64,000 nt of DNA from Marsupella aquatica (GCA_973895155.1 OZ316896.1:17658754-17722753); one strand, 5' to 3'; shown: positions 13,601-26,170, counted from the stretch's first letter. Translations and numbers: made by a program. The notes: generated from the letters alone by a model not told the origin.

Positions 13601-15375
13601 TTAGCACCATTACTATTCTAACAAAGTGGACCAAGTTACCTAAAAATCGGAACGACAAAAGCAAGCCCATGTCCCCATAATCCTCCCCTCTGAACATTGC
13701 TAAATAGTTTTCCCTCAGACTCTTTCACTGCGCCCTTGCTGATCAGGGCCATCCCCAGTCCAATACAAGAGTCCAACCCTGACACGGTCATCTCAATCGA
13801 AAGAGTACTCATTTTGAGATTTCTGCAACATGAAAAGCAGATGCACGAAAATCTATTTTCTCGCAGTACAGTTTGACAGAGTAGCGGTACCTGCATATCA
13901 TGATAACTCCAATCCACAGGAAGAGAGGTCTCACGTAGGATGACAGAATATGGTGAGTTCGGCTGGACGACCATTTGACATCCTCCTGATTTTAGGGACA
14001 AAAAAACATGCCTTAATATATACGAAGTATTGAAGCGCTTCCATCACAAATAATCGAGAATAAAAGTTTAACACACCCTGAGGGCAAACTACCCTCACCT
14101 TCCTGACAATCTTGCGGAGGAAACGCATGGTTGGCCCCAGGCCCCATATAGAGAAAACCACGAAAGCGAGAGCAGGACCACATTGGACCGCAAGTGGATC
14201 CTTTTGAAGAGCTGCGAATCCCCTGTTCACGAGTAAAGACAACTATGAGAAGTTCCAACAAAGCCGTACACAAAGAAGCCTCCAATTCCTTTTCGAAAAT
14301 TATTTTGACACTGAACCAGAAACGAGCAGAACTTGACCGTGCAGACACAAAGCAATCCGAAAGAAGTCCTTCCACGGTATCTAAGAGTGGATTTTAGAGT
14401 AGAAGTATTAGTTTAGTCCAGAAAATAGGGCAACTACTCTAATGGTATACCTGGTCAAGGCGTAACCAACAGCCTTCGCAGATGAAATAGCGAGGTTCTT
14501 GGAATTCTCCGCCAGAGCAACTGAGGATGCCCTAGTTTCCAGGGATGCTGGCCAGGACGTAGACTGACTGAGAGGCATAGTCCGTACATCGTGCCACACC
14601 CTTGCCGACCATACATCTCGGAGGAAAGATCCGCCACTCTGAGGATTGGAAGAGACAAAAAAGCATCATGCAAACAAATTCTTTCTCTTGCCTTGTTTTT
14701 GTTGGTGGGGTTGGAGATCAAAGCAACAAGACAACATGACTACACTAAAACCAAAAGAGGCACAGCAAGTGGGCATTTATAGAATTTTCATTGTAACAGC
14801 ACCTACGTCTGAAGTAGATTTACAGCTAAATCCTCGAGAATTTAATAGAAATTGGCTATACCGAAATATCGGAAGAACGTCCGAGGACACCACGGCCCAC
14901 GGGATGCGCCCTAGTCTTCTGCCTCAATTTCCCATGCTGCAAAGATTCCAGAGTTGACCTTAAATGATTAAATTCCTCTATTGTAATCAATTAGGGATTG
15001 AAAATTTAGGGAAAATAAATCACATTCACTCATAGCAATATCCACCCAGCAGACGAAAAAGGGTGAAAAAAGGTGCCTCGATAACGATCTGCAATGCTGA
15101 GAAACTTCCGTCTGGCGCAATCGAACCGCAAGTTCGAACCAGTTGCAATGACACAATGCTCATTCTTACGGGCAAGCCTCCCACATGCGGCCCTTTTCAG
15201 ACTGAGGTTTCGGACTTGATAAATCTTCAAGTGTAACAGTGGTAGCCACGGCTAGCTGCAACAACGAGGCGGCAAACGAGGAGGCCACCGCCACTGACTG
15301 CCCGAGCACCTGTGCCGCCTCGTACGGAGCTTCAAAAGGTGAAGAAGACTTATCTACCCTAACCGCAAACCTCAT
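10619..15375 (-). CDS. MSL2: MscS-like mechanosensitive channel, plastid MSL2/MSL3 group; about 12 exons (e.g. 15375-15170, 14638-14451, 14222-14099, 13985-13891, 13543-13430, 13370-13270, 13137-12988, 12835-12725, 12513-12346, 12220-12107, 11986-11930, 11734-10619)
   Basis: Signature peptides [100 protein letters not shown] and [21 protein letters not shown] boundaries were found; 5' exon boundaries are less certain. Confidence 0.9.
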
Positions 15376-16526
15376 GCTCAACAAGGAACTACCATACCCA
15401 AAAACTCCAGCCCCGTTGCAGCGTTAGCGGCAGGAACCAAAACAGAATTCGTCCTCCTCACACCTTGACAATCTCTCCTACTAACCGCTTGAAAAACGTC
15501 GTGCAAATCCGAGACTGCTTCTGTTCGGTCTGGAAATTCACATGCGATCTAAACAACCTCTCGCCTTCGCACAGCGCCAGAAAGAACAGCAAGATGCAAA
15601 CCAATCCGAGAATGAGAGACCCGCACAAGAACCGCCAATTCCCGCCACCCTGCATACATACATACAAGCTTCCTGCAGCCGCTCTCTTCTCACAAACTCC
15701 TCCAGTCCTATGCCCCTCTCCCTCCCGGGTCTATCTCATCTGATCCAATCGTCAAGCCCACCCTTCGTAACACGCAACGATCCTCCTCAATTCGCTCCAC
15801 GCAACAATACGACCCCGCCCTGTTCACCCTGTTCACCCTGCTCAGCACGTTCTTAGCATGCCAAAAGCCCAAAAGCCCCAATTCCCCTTTCCAGTTCAGC
15901 ACCTCCAGACCCCGCAACCAAATCCGCCCAATTTCGCAACAACTTGCAGCAGCTTACTCGAAATTCCACCACCTCAACATTCCTCAATCGTCCTACCACC
16001 GAAATTCATCGACCAAAATCGAAATCTCCACCACAAAACACTCCGACGAATCGCTCCTCTCAGCAGAGACCGCGTCGTGGAGAGGCAACGAGCAAGAGCG
16101 CGAGAGAGAGCACGAAACCGAAAGAAGAGCAGATGTGAACGAAAAGGCGAAAAAGAGACACTGGAAAACGCGACCGACTTCTTGTAGGGGATAATGTACG
16201 CTCCTTAACCGTCCGATGTACCCCCGCTTGCTCAGCCGCTGGATCTCGGAGCATATACCTTCGCCCTACGTCGGCCCCCCGGTACTCGGGATATCCCCTC
16301 TCATCCAACGGCCGTGAGCGAGTTTCTGGCCGCTCGGCCCCGCATCGGCCGTTGCTTCGTCGCGACGCGTGTGGAAGTTGGCCGTTTCTTTCTGTTCCCT
16401 TCGGACCGGTCCCCCGGCTAAAGCCGACGGACCGGACCGGTTCCCCCATTTCGGCCCACGTGCTACGATAGCATTCCGTAGCATAGCACTCTAGCAGGCC
16501 TTTGTAGGTACATTCTTTTTGGGCGA

Positions 16527-16802
16527 CCTTCCTAGCTTATGAGAGGCTCAGAGGTATCAGTGTTTTTATTTGGCGTGGGACCAAATAGGGTAGGTGGCGA
16601 GTCAATAAACTTTCTAGGAGAGCTTCCTAGCTTATGAGAGGCAAGTGGTGTCATTGTTTTTATTTAGCGTGGGACCAGATAGGGTAGGCGGGAGAGCCAA
16701 TAAACTGGACCACAAAAGAACCTCAACTTGTAAAATTTCCCAGTGTTTTTAGCGTGGGACCAAATAGGGTAGGTGGGAGCCAATAAACTGGACCACAAAA
16801 GA
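16527..16802. repeat. Three imperfect direct repeats upstream of the MSL gene
   Basis: GCGTGGGACCA(A/G)ATAGGGTAGG...CAATAAACT occurs three times; TTCCTAGCTTATGAGAGGC occurs twice. Confidence 0.75.
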
Positions 16803-17483
16803 ACGTACGTGTTTTTTTCCAGGTAGTACTGGGTACAGTCATCAAATTAAGTGCACATTCCCATCTCTCTCTAAATGCACACTTGCCGGAAGAAGCATCC
16901 GGTGTGCATTTCACAAAGTTTGCACTACATCATAAGTGCACTTTTCAAGTTGACATTCTTGTGACTACATTCCTAAATTGGACATTTATTCTCTAACTAT
17001 GATCCCCTACATATGGAATGCACTTATCACTGAGTGTACTGAGTCATAGAAGTTGTCCAAGGAATTGTTTGCTTACCCGTAAGTGTTCATCGAGTTAGAA
17101 TGCCTCCATGTGCAATGGGCACAATGGGCACCACTCTCAGTGAACACACTTATGACTCCTCTAAATTGTACATCCCTGCCCTAGACGTGATCACCTACCC
17201 CATAAGTGCAATTCAAACAGTATAAAATTCCCTGCACTTATCACTAAAGAGATATATGCTTGATGGGCCCTCTACGGAACCTTTCTTACCTGATGGGCCC
17301 CTGGGGAACTTTTTTTACCTGATGGGCCCCCTCTTAATGATTTGTACTCACTGTTCTTGTGAGGGCCAAACTCTGCAGTTTACCACAACATAACTTAACG
17401 TTGTACACTGCGTGGTCGTGTCCAATCCTCCGTGGTCCGCGCCGTAGTGAGAATTCATCATAATCTAAAGGTACCCTCAGATT

Positions 17484-17939
17484 ATGGCTCCACAAACAAA
17501 AGGCGACAATCATGTTCAACTGGAATCTGAGGCTGGTGTAGTGAAAGCTGGACCATATGGGCGAGTAGAAGGTCCTGTGAGGAGAACGCCTAGAAGGCTG
17601 TCGATTGCTTTGCCTTACAATTGTTATCTAGGCGCGCCCTCTCCAAAGAAATGGTATGCAATTGCAAAGGGCAGGAGTCCTGGGATTTACCGCACTTGGG
17701 AGGAGGCAGAGGCTCAGGTCACTGGTTTTAGTGGAGCAAATCATAAGTCCTTCAAGTCCCACTCTGAAGCTGAGACATGGCTACAACGTCAGTTCAATGC
17801 AATGGGTGCACAATGGAAGGCCCCTAATCTAGCCGATAGGCATAGGGTCAATGTTGAATTGCTTGGAATAGACGAGTCTGGCCATGAAGTGTTCAAATGT
17901 GACTGTTGTGAGGAGATTTTCTGTAGCAATGAACATTAG
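17484..17939 (+). CDS. 151-aa protein with an RNase H1 N-terminal hybrid-binding / caulimovirus viroplasmin (Cauli_VI) domain and a C-terminal Cys cluster
   Basis: KWYAIAKGRSPGIYRTWEEAEAQVTGFSGANHKSFKSHSEAETWL matches the YAV..GR..GIY.TW.EC..QV.GF.GA..K.F....EA pattern. The ORF ends in FKCDCCEEIFC. It is ATG-initiated and intronless. Confidence 0.8.
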   Translation: MAPQTKGDNHVQLESEAGVVKAGPYGRVEGPVRRTPRRLSIALPYNCYLGAPSPKKWYAIAKGRSPGIYRTWEEAEAQVTGFSGANHKSFKSHSEAETWLQRQFNAMGAQWKAPNLADRHRVNVELLGIDESGHEVFKCDCCEEIFCSNEH

Positions 17940-18723
17940 ACCCATACGGGGTAATGGGTATAGCTTACGATTGGCTGAGGTGATGGGTACAATTCAGGAT
18001 TCCCTGAGCTCCCACTGTAACTCGTTGCAGACTAGGCAGAGGCTAGCAGCAGAAGTAATTGTAGTTTTGCAAATTTTGAAGACTGCATACGCAGATGTAC
18101 TCCACACATTTTGAAATCAGCAATTGAAGCAATTATTGGAATTTGCAATGTTGAGTGCATGGACGTCCATTTCTGTGCAATGTGTATTGAGCTATTCTTT
18201 GCTGCCTCATGGTGTTGTATTCCATTACTATTGGCCCAGGTCTGTTTAGCAGCAAATTGCGCCAAGGTCTACCTCGCGACCGTTCGACCTTCCTGAACGG
18301 GATCTGCAATCGAGTGTCCGCCGCAACAACCCATATATTTTCCTACTTTGGTACGAAGACAAAAACCATATTGTCTTCATGTACATACACCCGAAGCTGC
18401 GTAACAGTGTAGGAACAAAACCAAGTAACTTTGACCCATGCCCCCCCTGGTAACCATCGTTCTTCTGTCCAAAGAGCATCCAAACACTCAAATTGCCCCC
18501 CTCTTGCAACGGCACAATTTTGGTGGAAGCGTGGAATGAAGACAATAATCATGTTGTGTTCACATGTTTCATTCATTGCATGCTGTATTTTGGACTTCAA
18601 ATCACCATTTTTTCAGGGTAGCCACCATACATACTCAGCATGTTTGTACAAACTTATCAGGATGTTTATGTTGTTAATGGACCTGTCACACATACTCTGG
18701 ATGCTTATGCTCTTAGAGTTTTT

Positions 18724-19036
18724 TACTAACTTGTCCCCTAAACTATTACCCAATATTATTAACTTGTTCCTCAGACAAAATTAATTATTAACTTAATTGT
18801 CCCCCATTTTGAATTTGGGTTAATATTAACTCATATATGGGTTCCCGTAACCAAGTGAGGCCGATAAAGAGGTGCCCTGATGGGCTCATACGATCCAATA
18901 ACAACTTGCCAGATGGTAATGGGAACCCATATACATTTTAATATTGATACAAATACGAAATGGGGGACATGTTGATAAAAAAATTTGTTTTGGGGGCACC
19001 TTAGCAATATTAGGTAATTTGGGGGACAGGTTAGTA
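18724..19036. repeat. Imperfect fold-back (~130-bp arms, ~55-bp loop), MITE-like
   Basis: TACTAACTTGTCCCC...TGTCCCCCATTT...TATATGGGTTCCCGTAACCA is mirrored by TGGTAATGGGAACCCATATA...AAATGGGGGACA...GGGGACAGGTTAGTA. Confidence 0.75.
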
Positions 19037-19310
19037 GGGTTTAGGGGTTTAGGGTTTAGGGCTCTTAATGAACTTGCTACATATATATGTTCAATTGACA
19101 AAACTAGGCCTTACTTAGGAGTTTTGTAGCACTGAGGGTGTTATACCAATTTTTAGGTACCCCATTAATTCACAACATGTTTTGCAAAAGAAAAGGAAAA
19201 GGTAGGAGGGGGATCAATTTTGTCAATCTCTTGACCCACTTCAAGTCAAACATCTATACATATTCTATTCTTGGGTGTAATTGAAGCCCTACTTTTTGTA
19301 CAAATGTATA

Positions 19311-19439
19311 GGGTTTAGGGTGTATAGGCTACTAGTAGCCTCAAAGAGGGTTTAGGGTGTATAGGCTACTACTAGTCTCAAAGACGGTTTAGGGTGTATA
19401 GGCTACTACTAGTCTCAAAGACGGTTTAGGGTTTAGGGT
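19311..19439 (+). repeat. Three tandem copies of a ~36-bp unit with TTTAGGG telomere-like motifs
   Basis: GGTTTAGGGTGTATAGGCTACTA(C/G)TAG(T/C)CTCAAAGA x3, followed by GGTTTAGGGTTTAGGG. Confidence 0.85.
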
Positions 19440-20940
19440 AGGCCTTCTTTCATTACTTCTAGACCAGAGGCATAACTCACTAAATGGCCTCATTTGAACA
19501 ATGGAGGTATAGGATGAGTTTTATGGGGTTGTTATTCTTGCCTCACCTTATACAATACAAAAGGTCGGAGGGGGTGCATAATGGTTTACTTAAACTTGTA
19601 TTTGGGTAAATTTGACAAAGCAAGAATAAATCAAATAAAGGTTAAACTCATACAAGTTCATGCTTTTATGTACACACCTCCTCTACAGTAAGGAATCATC
19701 TCACGACACAAACACACCTGGCCTCATACGTGGCCATTGGATTGAAGCAAAAACTAATATTGTCCGTCTATGCGGATTTCATCCATGGTCCCTGCTGCCT
19801 CCCAGAACCCCAAGCATGCCGGGCCCGAAGACCCAACATTAATGTGACATATGTAAGAGCCTTCTCACTAATATTGTGCCAAATGTTCTTTCTTGCTGTG
19901 CCTAATGTTCTTTCTTTGCAAGGATGCCACATAACATGAGGGGGTCTAACACAAGGAAAACTATATGTGAAGACCCTAAACCGAATTCTCACCTTGCTCA
20001 GGCTCTTCCCTTCCAGAATTGCTGCTAGGTTTGAGGCGGGTCTCTTTCTCCTTCCAAAACATGGACTCTCTTGAGGTGGCGGTCTGTCAGCTTCCGGGAT
20101 GTCCACATCGCAATACGTCCCCTCTACGCCAGAGATGCACTTGCACTGCTTCATTATCCTCTTCATCTACACCTGACATGTTCATTGTCATAGGAGAATG
20201 TGATCATTGGACTTCAATATTCACTGTGCACATTTGGAGGTACTCCACAAGTACTCCACACTGACGCTGACAGCCGCACATGAAAACATCATGAAAAACC
20301 CGTGTGCAGTGTGAAAACCAAACCTAATGACGACCCTGCGATACGGTAAAAATTTCAATCTGAAGACATAATCCATATTGTATTCAAGTCGCGGCTTGGG
20401 CAGCGGCAGCCGCTTTTCGTGGTTCTCCCACTTCATGTCCGCGGTTTCACGTGTTTCTCCCACATATTTCTTTGTTTCTTCGACCATGCAGGGGTGGCCT
20501 CCTGCACGGTGTTGAGTCGCCAAAAAACCCATACAAGCAAACGTCATGACTACCCAATGATTGGTAAAATTGTGAATCCAAAGACATAATGAATATTGTC
20601 TTCACATCGCAGTTTTGGCAACGACGGCTTTTCGCGGTTTGTCGCGGATAATTTCCGTGGTTTGTCGATCGACCATGCAGGGTCGACCGCACGGTCTGAC
20701 CGTGCAGTTTGCCTGGAGTCATGGTTGACCATAGTCTTTTTTTAAAACGTGGTTGGTCACTGCAAGGCAGAAAATCCCGTTATAGTGCCCATGATAAGAA
20801 CTTCTGACAAAAAATACTGACAGGGGGCCTACTGGGTAAAAAAAGTTCCATAGGGGCCCATCAGGTAAGAAAGGCCCCGTAGAGGGCCCATCAAGCATAT
20901 AACTCTATCAATAACTGTAAGTCCATGGAATTGCGCGCTT

Positions 20941-21090
20941 ACTGATAAGTATTTATGTATAATTGTCAAGGATTTGCATTTATAATGTTGTCTTTTAGAG
21001 AAAGCTTTTTTGGGACTGATAAGTATTTATGTATACTTGTCAAGGATTTGCATTTATAATGTTGTCTTTTAGGGAAAGCTTTTTTGGGCC
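20941..21090 (+). repeat. Tandem duplication of ~74 bp
   Basis: ACTGATAAGTATTTATGTATA.TTGTCAAGGATTTGCATTTATAATGTTGTCTTTTAG.GAAAGCTTTTTT occurs twice. Confidence 0.9.
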
Positions 21091-23479
21091 TGTTTCACAA
21101 AAAGTGCAAAACTCCATAGGGAAAAGGGGAGAACGGGATCCTTTGCAGTTAGCCATGTTTTACACTTATGGAGTGTGCACTTAGAGAGCACTATAGTTTG
21201 GCCTGCCACAAGACTGAGATTTTACAAGTTGAGGTTCTTTTTAGTCCAGTTTATCATTCAATGTCAATCTTCAAACTCATGGATCCTCTATTTTTGTCCT
21301 CACGGCCTTCTTTCGACAGAGGGTCTTGGTGGCATTTCAGAGGGCACAAGCTTTCACTAATCTTCGTAGGGCCGAGGCAGTCGGTTTTAGGATCTCTAGA
21401 CAGATTCTCCTCTGTAACCCTCCTATGCGGTGTACTTCAGAGCTCTACCAGGCTTAGTTTTCAGTTTACCGTCCAATAGGGTTTTTAGTTTGTTGTTTGC
21501 TTCTTAGTTTTTTGTTTTAATTTGTGGGAGGCTCCTTGACCTGCTGGGCCTTTTTGGTCCTTTGGGGGTCTTTCCCTTCCCCCCTTTATTGGGTTCTTTT
21601 GCCTTTGGGATCATGTCTCCCGGTTTGACGTTCTTGTTTTTTTGGCAATGTGATATATACTACCCTCACTATCTTCTCTTACGCAACTGAATTTTCTATA
21701 GGCCATCTTGTCTGACAAGATGTTTGGATGGAACACTCTACCCCCATCTCCACTACATAGACAACATTTTTCCTTTGTATGAATGGTAATTGTTTTGGGC
21801 CTCCAATAATGTTTGGTCTATTGGAATCCCAAGGACATAAGTTCTAATTCATTTAAGCACCAATTTTCTCATCCCTACTTTTTGACACTTTACTAGCCCT
21901 GAACACCCATTCTTTGAATGCAAATAAAAACCATGACAAAAAGCATACATCATACATATGAGTCCAACTCATGAATCTTTCCATCCGCATGGTGGACCAT
22001 AGAGTTACAGTCTAGAGGCTTCACTTTAGAAGCCTAGTCCCCAACTTTAGCTTGGGGTTCGCGCTTTTATAGATAAGATTGCTCACTAATATGTTCAGCT
22101 AGCTAAGGGGTAAAGGAGAAAAATGGTTTTTAGACCTGAAATTTTAAAGTATTAACTGGTGACCAGCACAATTAGCCAGACCTGGAAAATTGAATGGGTG
22201 AAAAAGAAACTTGGGAGGATCTATGGTTGGCGTCACCCTTAGCCTGACACAAGGAGAACATCTCCTTTGCTAATTGACTTCCCAGTATAGAGAAGCCACC
22301 TGACCTCCAAAGAATGTTGAATTTCTATTAGTAATTATTTAATTTTTGATTTTCTTATGAAGGTATTCTTGTTTGTTTTGGCCATTTGGAATTGTTGGGA
22401 ACCTTTTAAATTGTTTTCATAAATCTATTTTCACTGTTGACAATCACGCCATAGAATTATTTGTTGGGTTTACTTTGCAATGTGCAAGGAGATGCATGGA
22501 CTAGGGATGTTGTGGGTTAGACAAAAATAAGTATTGCCACAGCAGAAAGTTACTACCAATGTTCCAATGAGCATGCTACCAAATAGGGCATCTCAAACCT
22601 TGAAGTTTGAGGAAAAAATCTTGGCCAGAAACTACCAGTTGTGGTCACCTGCTAGGAGTGTTTGGACATTCTTTTTTGTGTCTGCCACTTTTTCCCAAGA
22701 ATCTGCCTTAATTTGACTGCAACCAGAGGCAGAAAGAAGAGATTTGAGACTCCCTCATGCTACCTACGGTGCCCTGATTGACATGAGTGTAGAGTTTGAT
22801 GAAGGTTGGTTGTTCCAACAAGTGTAGGCCAGTGGTAGCAGATTATTGCGGCAAGTGACGTTCAGATTTCAAGCTTCATAAGTCAACCAGCTTTGCACAA
22901 ACAACATCCCAAAGTGGGCCTTACCAGAGCCCATTTGCACCCAAAATACTTGACATGAACAAAAATTGGAGGTCAATCTCATACCACCTAAATGGAAATG
23001 GGTAGATGGACATCATTTAAGAGTGGGGCCCAAATGGAAAGGGATAGGAGGGCAGCAACTAAGAGCATCTCCAGCGGTCCTCCTTTAACGCCCGCAAATG
23101 CCAAATATTAAGGATGACAGTCAAATATGGAGACTTGCACCTCCCACCGGTGCCCCGTATCCCTAAACTCATAGTGGCCGACTAGCCAACTTGGGTACAC
23201 TCGCCGCCAGTTTTGGCATCATTGGAGGTCGCGAGACAAACCTGCCATCCTGCCCCCCATTGTGATCAACGGACCGCACATCACCACGCGTCATCATCGT
23301 GAAGTGACCCTCTCCGTGTTTAACCAGACATGGCAAGTTTCAAAATGTATGAATCTCCCGCGACGCTGTGAAATCATGACTTTTTTACTATGTACCTTGA
23401 ATGTTCGTGCACTCTGCACAGTGCACTCCTCGTGTGCTCTCGACAGACATCCAATTGCAGACATTGACACTATAGGATC

Positions 23480-24502
23480 ATGGCAACCATCCGCGGGAAA
23501 AATTACACAGAAGAAGAATTGAAGCAACTTTGCTACAACGTACTTCATGTCTCTCAAGACTCGTGTGTAGGGAATGGACAACGAGCTGAGAAGTTTTGGG
23601 ACCGGGTGTTTGAACACTACGAGAAGCACAAGCCGCGCGGGAGTGAGGTGAGGGGGAAGAAATCACTCGAAGGCAAGTGGCATGACATCAAGCACGATGT
23701 CTCCAAATTCATTGGGTGTTTTCAGCAAGTAGATTCACGTCAAACTTTAGGGACCAACGAGGCGGATACATTGAGAGCTGCGAAGGAGTTATACAAGGAT
23801 AACCATCCAAAGCACATGAATTTTTCATTTGAATCTTGTTATTTCATTTTGAAGGACTGCCCTAGGTGGAGCAATCCAATCGACGATATGGCGAAGGGGA
23901 AGGGCAAGAAAAAGGTAGCAGCGAAAGGTGCAGAGAAAGATAAGGACAGCTCGAGCCCAACTCCAGAGGTTCTTGAGACATCAGATGATGACATTGCAGC
24001 ACGAGAACCCGATGACTATGAGTCAAGATCAGCGAGCAGGAAGAGACCTACAGGAAATCGGAGGGCAAAGGAAGAGTTAAAGCGAATGAAGCACCAAGAA
24101 GATGCTCTGAAGATGACAGCGTTGGCTCAGAAAGAGATGGCCGCTGCCAATGTTCAACGTGCTCGAGTAGCTGAAAACAATTCCAATATGGCATTGCTTT
24201 CATTACTTACAAATAACATGACACCACAGTTGCAAGCTTTCATGGAGGAATGGAAGCTGGAAATTGCCATCAATTTGAAGCAACGAATGCAGCATCATAT
24301 ACATGTCCAGCCAATTCCTCTAGTGACACACAATCCACTGCCAAGCGTCCAACAGCCGGTATTCCCAATGCCAACGCCACCTCCAAATGTTGTTAAGGAA
24401 CCAGAGGCGTCTGAGGACGAAGGGGACGAAACAATTGAAGTTCCAATCGGGGAGCAGCCAATGAACCAAGATGATTTTATGGCAATGCTTGAGCGAACAT
24501 AA
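23480..24502 (+). CDS. Harbinger ORF1, Myb/SANT-like (NAM-associated) DNA-binding protein, intact
   Basis: RGKNYTEEELKQLC...VSQD..VGNGQ..EKFW.RV...SL..KW..IK..V.KF...F.FE.C..ILKD.PRW and RP.G...AK motifs, in a 340-aa open frame inside the TIRs. Confidence 0.9.
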   Translation: MATIRGKNYTEEELKQLCYNVLHVSQDSCVGNGQRAEKFWDRVFEHYEKHKPRGSEVRGKKSLEGKWHDIKHDVSKFIGCFQQVDSRQTLGTNEADTLRAAKELYKDNHPKHMNFSFESCYFILKDCPRWSNPIDDMAKGKGKKKVAAKGAEKDKDSSSPTPEVLETSDDDIAAREPDDYESRSASRKRPTGNRRAKEELKRMKHQEDALKMTALAQKEMAAANVQRARVAENNSNMALLSLLTNNMTPQLQAFMEEWKLEIAINLKQRMQHHIHVQPIPLVTHNPLPSVQQPVFPMPTPPPNVVKEPEASEDEGDETIEVPIGEQPMNQDDFMAMLERT

Positions 24503-25064
24503 GTTTAGGTAGAAATTCCCTCTAGGTAGACTACATACAGGGGTAGCTTTGGTTCAACAAGACTCGCTCTTGTAAAATTGGATGAGTTTAATATGAGGAA
24601 TTTTGTGTGCTTCAGGCATTTCATGGCATTGTCGTGAAGGACTGATAATTAATCAAAAAAATTCCAGCACATGGATTGTATTACAACATTGTCACATCTG
24701 GTTTACAAAAATGCAGCCACCCTCAGGCTTGCCTTTGCAATTTCGAATTACATCCTACTCTATGTATGTGTTGCTGTCTATATCCGCCTATTGCCTCAGA
24801 AAGAGATGGCCTCGAGGATGGCCTTTGCCAATGTGCCTCTTTATCCGCCAATTGAAAAACCGGGATTGTACCAGCTCAAACATTGAAACTTACAAAAACA
24901 AAATCTGCTCTACAACAGACGACTTGTGTCCCCAATCAATCCCCAATCGGTCCACTCCCTCCACTTCAGTTTGATGACCATTGCCAATTGTAGATTTCAC
25001 CATCAAATCGGTCATCTTCGCCATTCTCTGAATTAGAGAATTCCACCCTCGCCCTCCTCGCACG

Positions 25065-26170
25065 TCAAGGCTTCTTCCTCACTGCTCGAGTCTTCTTCTT
25101 CTCCATGCTTGTTTGGGGAGGCGGAACGGGAGGTGCTTCCTCTCTTGCAATGACCACTGGGAGCGATCCAACTGCATCAGCCTGGGTGGGAGCTTCATCG
25201 GGTGTAGGAGGTCGAACTGAAAGGGGAGTACCCCTGGGCCCCCAGCCTTTGTAAACTAAAGAGGTATACGTGCATACACCCCCTCCCTAGTACCCCTTAT
25301 TATTTTTGGGAGCCTATAAAATTTTCTCTTGTTATTCTTAAAAACTTAATTTTGGAGAATAAATCTGCCCCTTTGAGATATTATAATTTCACATTTTACA
25401 CCATTTATGAAAGCCTTGAAAAGTTATAAATTCATCATGTGCAAACAGTTCTAAAACTGAAGGGAGTGTTTTGGAGGGGTTTTGGGTACATACATTTTTG
25501 TGTTCGTGACCCTTTAACCCCAAACTTCAACTTTGGGGCATTTCTGAACCACAGGGCAAGGTAGTCAGGGTTCAAAAGCTCCAAAGTCCTAAACTACTCT
25601 GAATCATAGATGTTGCAAGCATAATTATATGTCATATACACATGTTCCAATAAAGGGTGGCCACAAGGACCAATCCTATTGTGACGCGTGTCACATCCAT
25701 ATTACATCACCTCTCAAAGCATATTAACTAGGGCAACATTTATATAAGCCTTTATTAGTTAGAAAGGGTTTTTGAATAAAACCATCCCTTGATATTTCTA
25801 AGCCAATTATAAAAATTAATCTCAAATCAGATTTTTTGCACCCTTCATCCGTTCGCACGTCCAACCCATTATTAATAATGCTGGGGGCCCAGGGGGGAGT
25901 ACTAGGCCTCTCCTGCCTCCTGCGCTCATCCACAACTCGGATTGGAGGTGCCATAAATAATACTGGGGAGGAAACTGCTATTCCAATACCCAAGAGAATC
26001 ACCCTCTCCCTCCACAACGTCGAGGCACAATTGCAAATGGGCAGCAAACGTCGAGGCACGATTGCCTCCAGGCAGCAAACGTCGAGGCACTTGAATTGCT
26101 CCAAATAATGCCTCACTACAATCCTCATTGCATAATGTATACAAGGGTTTGCAGCGAGTGCTAGCTCCAC
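25065..26170 (-). pseudogene. Third Harbinger-borne ORF of unknown function, split by the nested MITE
   Basis: Removing the MITE plus one TSD fuses ...RRRQERPSTP to LSVRPPTPDEAPTQADAV...EKKKTRAVRKKP in frame, up to a TGA at 25067-25065. Confidence 0.55.
25232..25894. mobile_element. 663-bp MITE nested in the Harbinger element, 8-bp TSD (hAT-like length)
   Basis: Perfect 15-bp TIR CCCTGGGCCCCCAGC / GCTGGGGGCCCAGGG, flanked by the direct repeat GGGAGTAC (25224-31 and 25895-902). The interior is AT-rich. Confidence 0.9.

Larger units (their letters stand above)
17249..20905. mobile_element. Non-autonomous Mutator-like (Pack-MULE-type) element, ~3.66 kb
   Basis: ~85-bp TIRs: left GAGATATATGCTTGATGGGCCCTCTACGGAACCTTTCTTACCTGATGGGCCCC, right reverse complement GAGTTATATGCTTGATGGGCCCTCTACGGGGCCTTTCTTACCTGATGGGCCCC. 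Imperfect flanking duplication TATCACTAA/TATCAATAA. No transposase recognised inside. Confidence 0.8.

Noticed and set aside
17484-17939. Endogenous caulimovirus
   Set aside because: No RT, coat or movement protein ORFs are nearby, and the ORF lies within DNA-transposon TIRs.
19311-19439. 36-bp repeats as a CRISPR array
   Set aside because: The units are directly adjacent with no unique spacers, the context is eukaryotic, and there are no cas genes.
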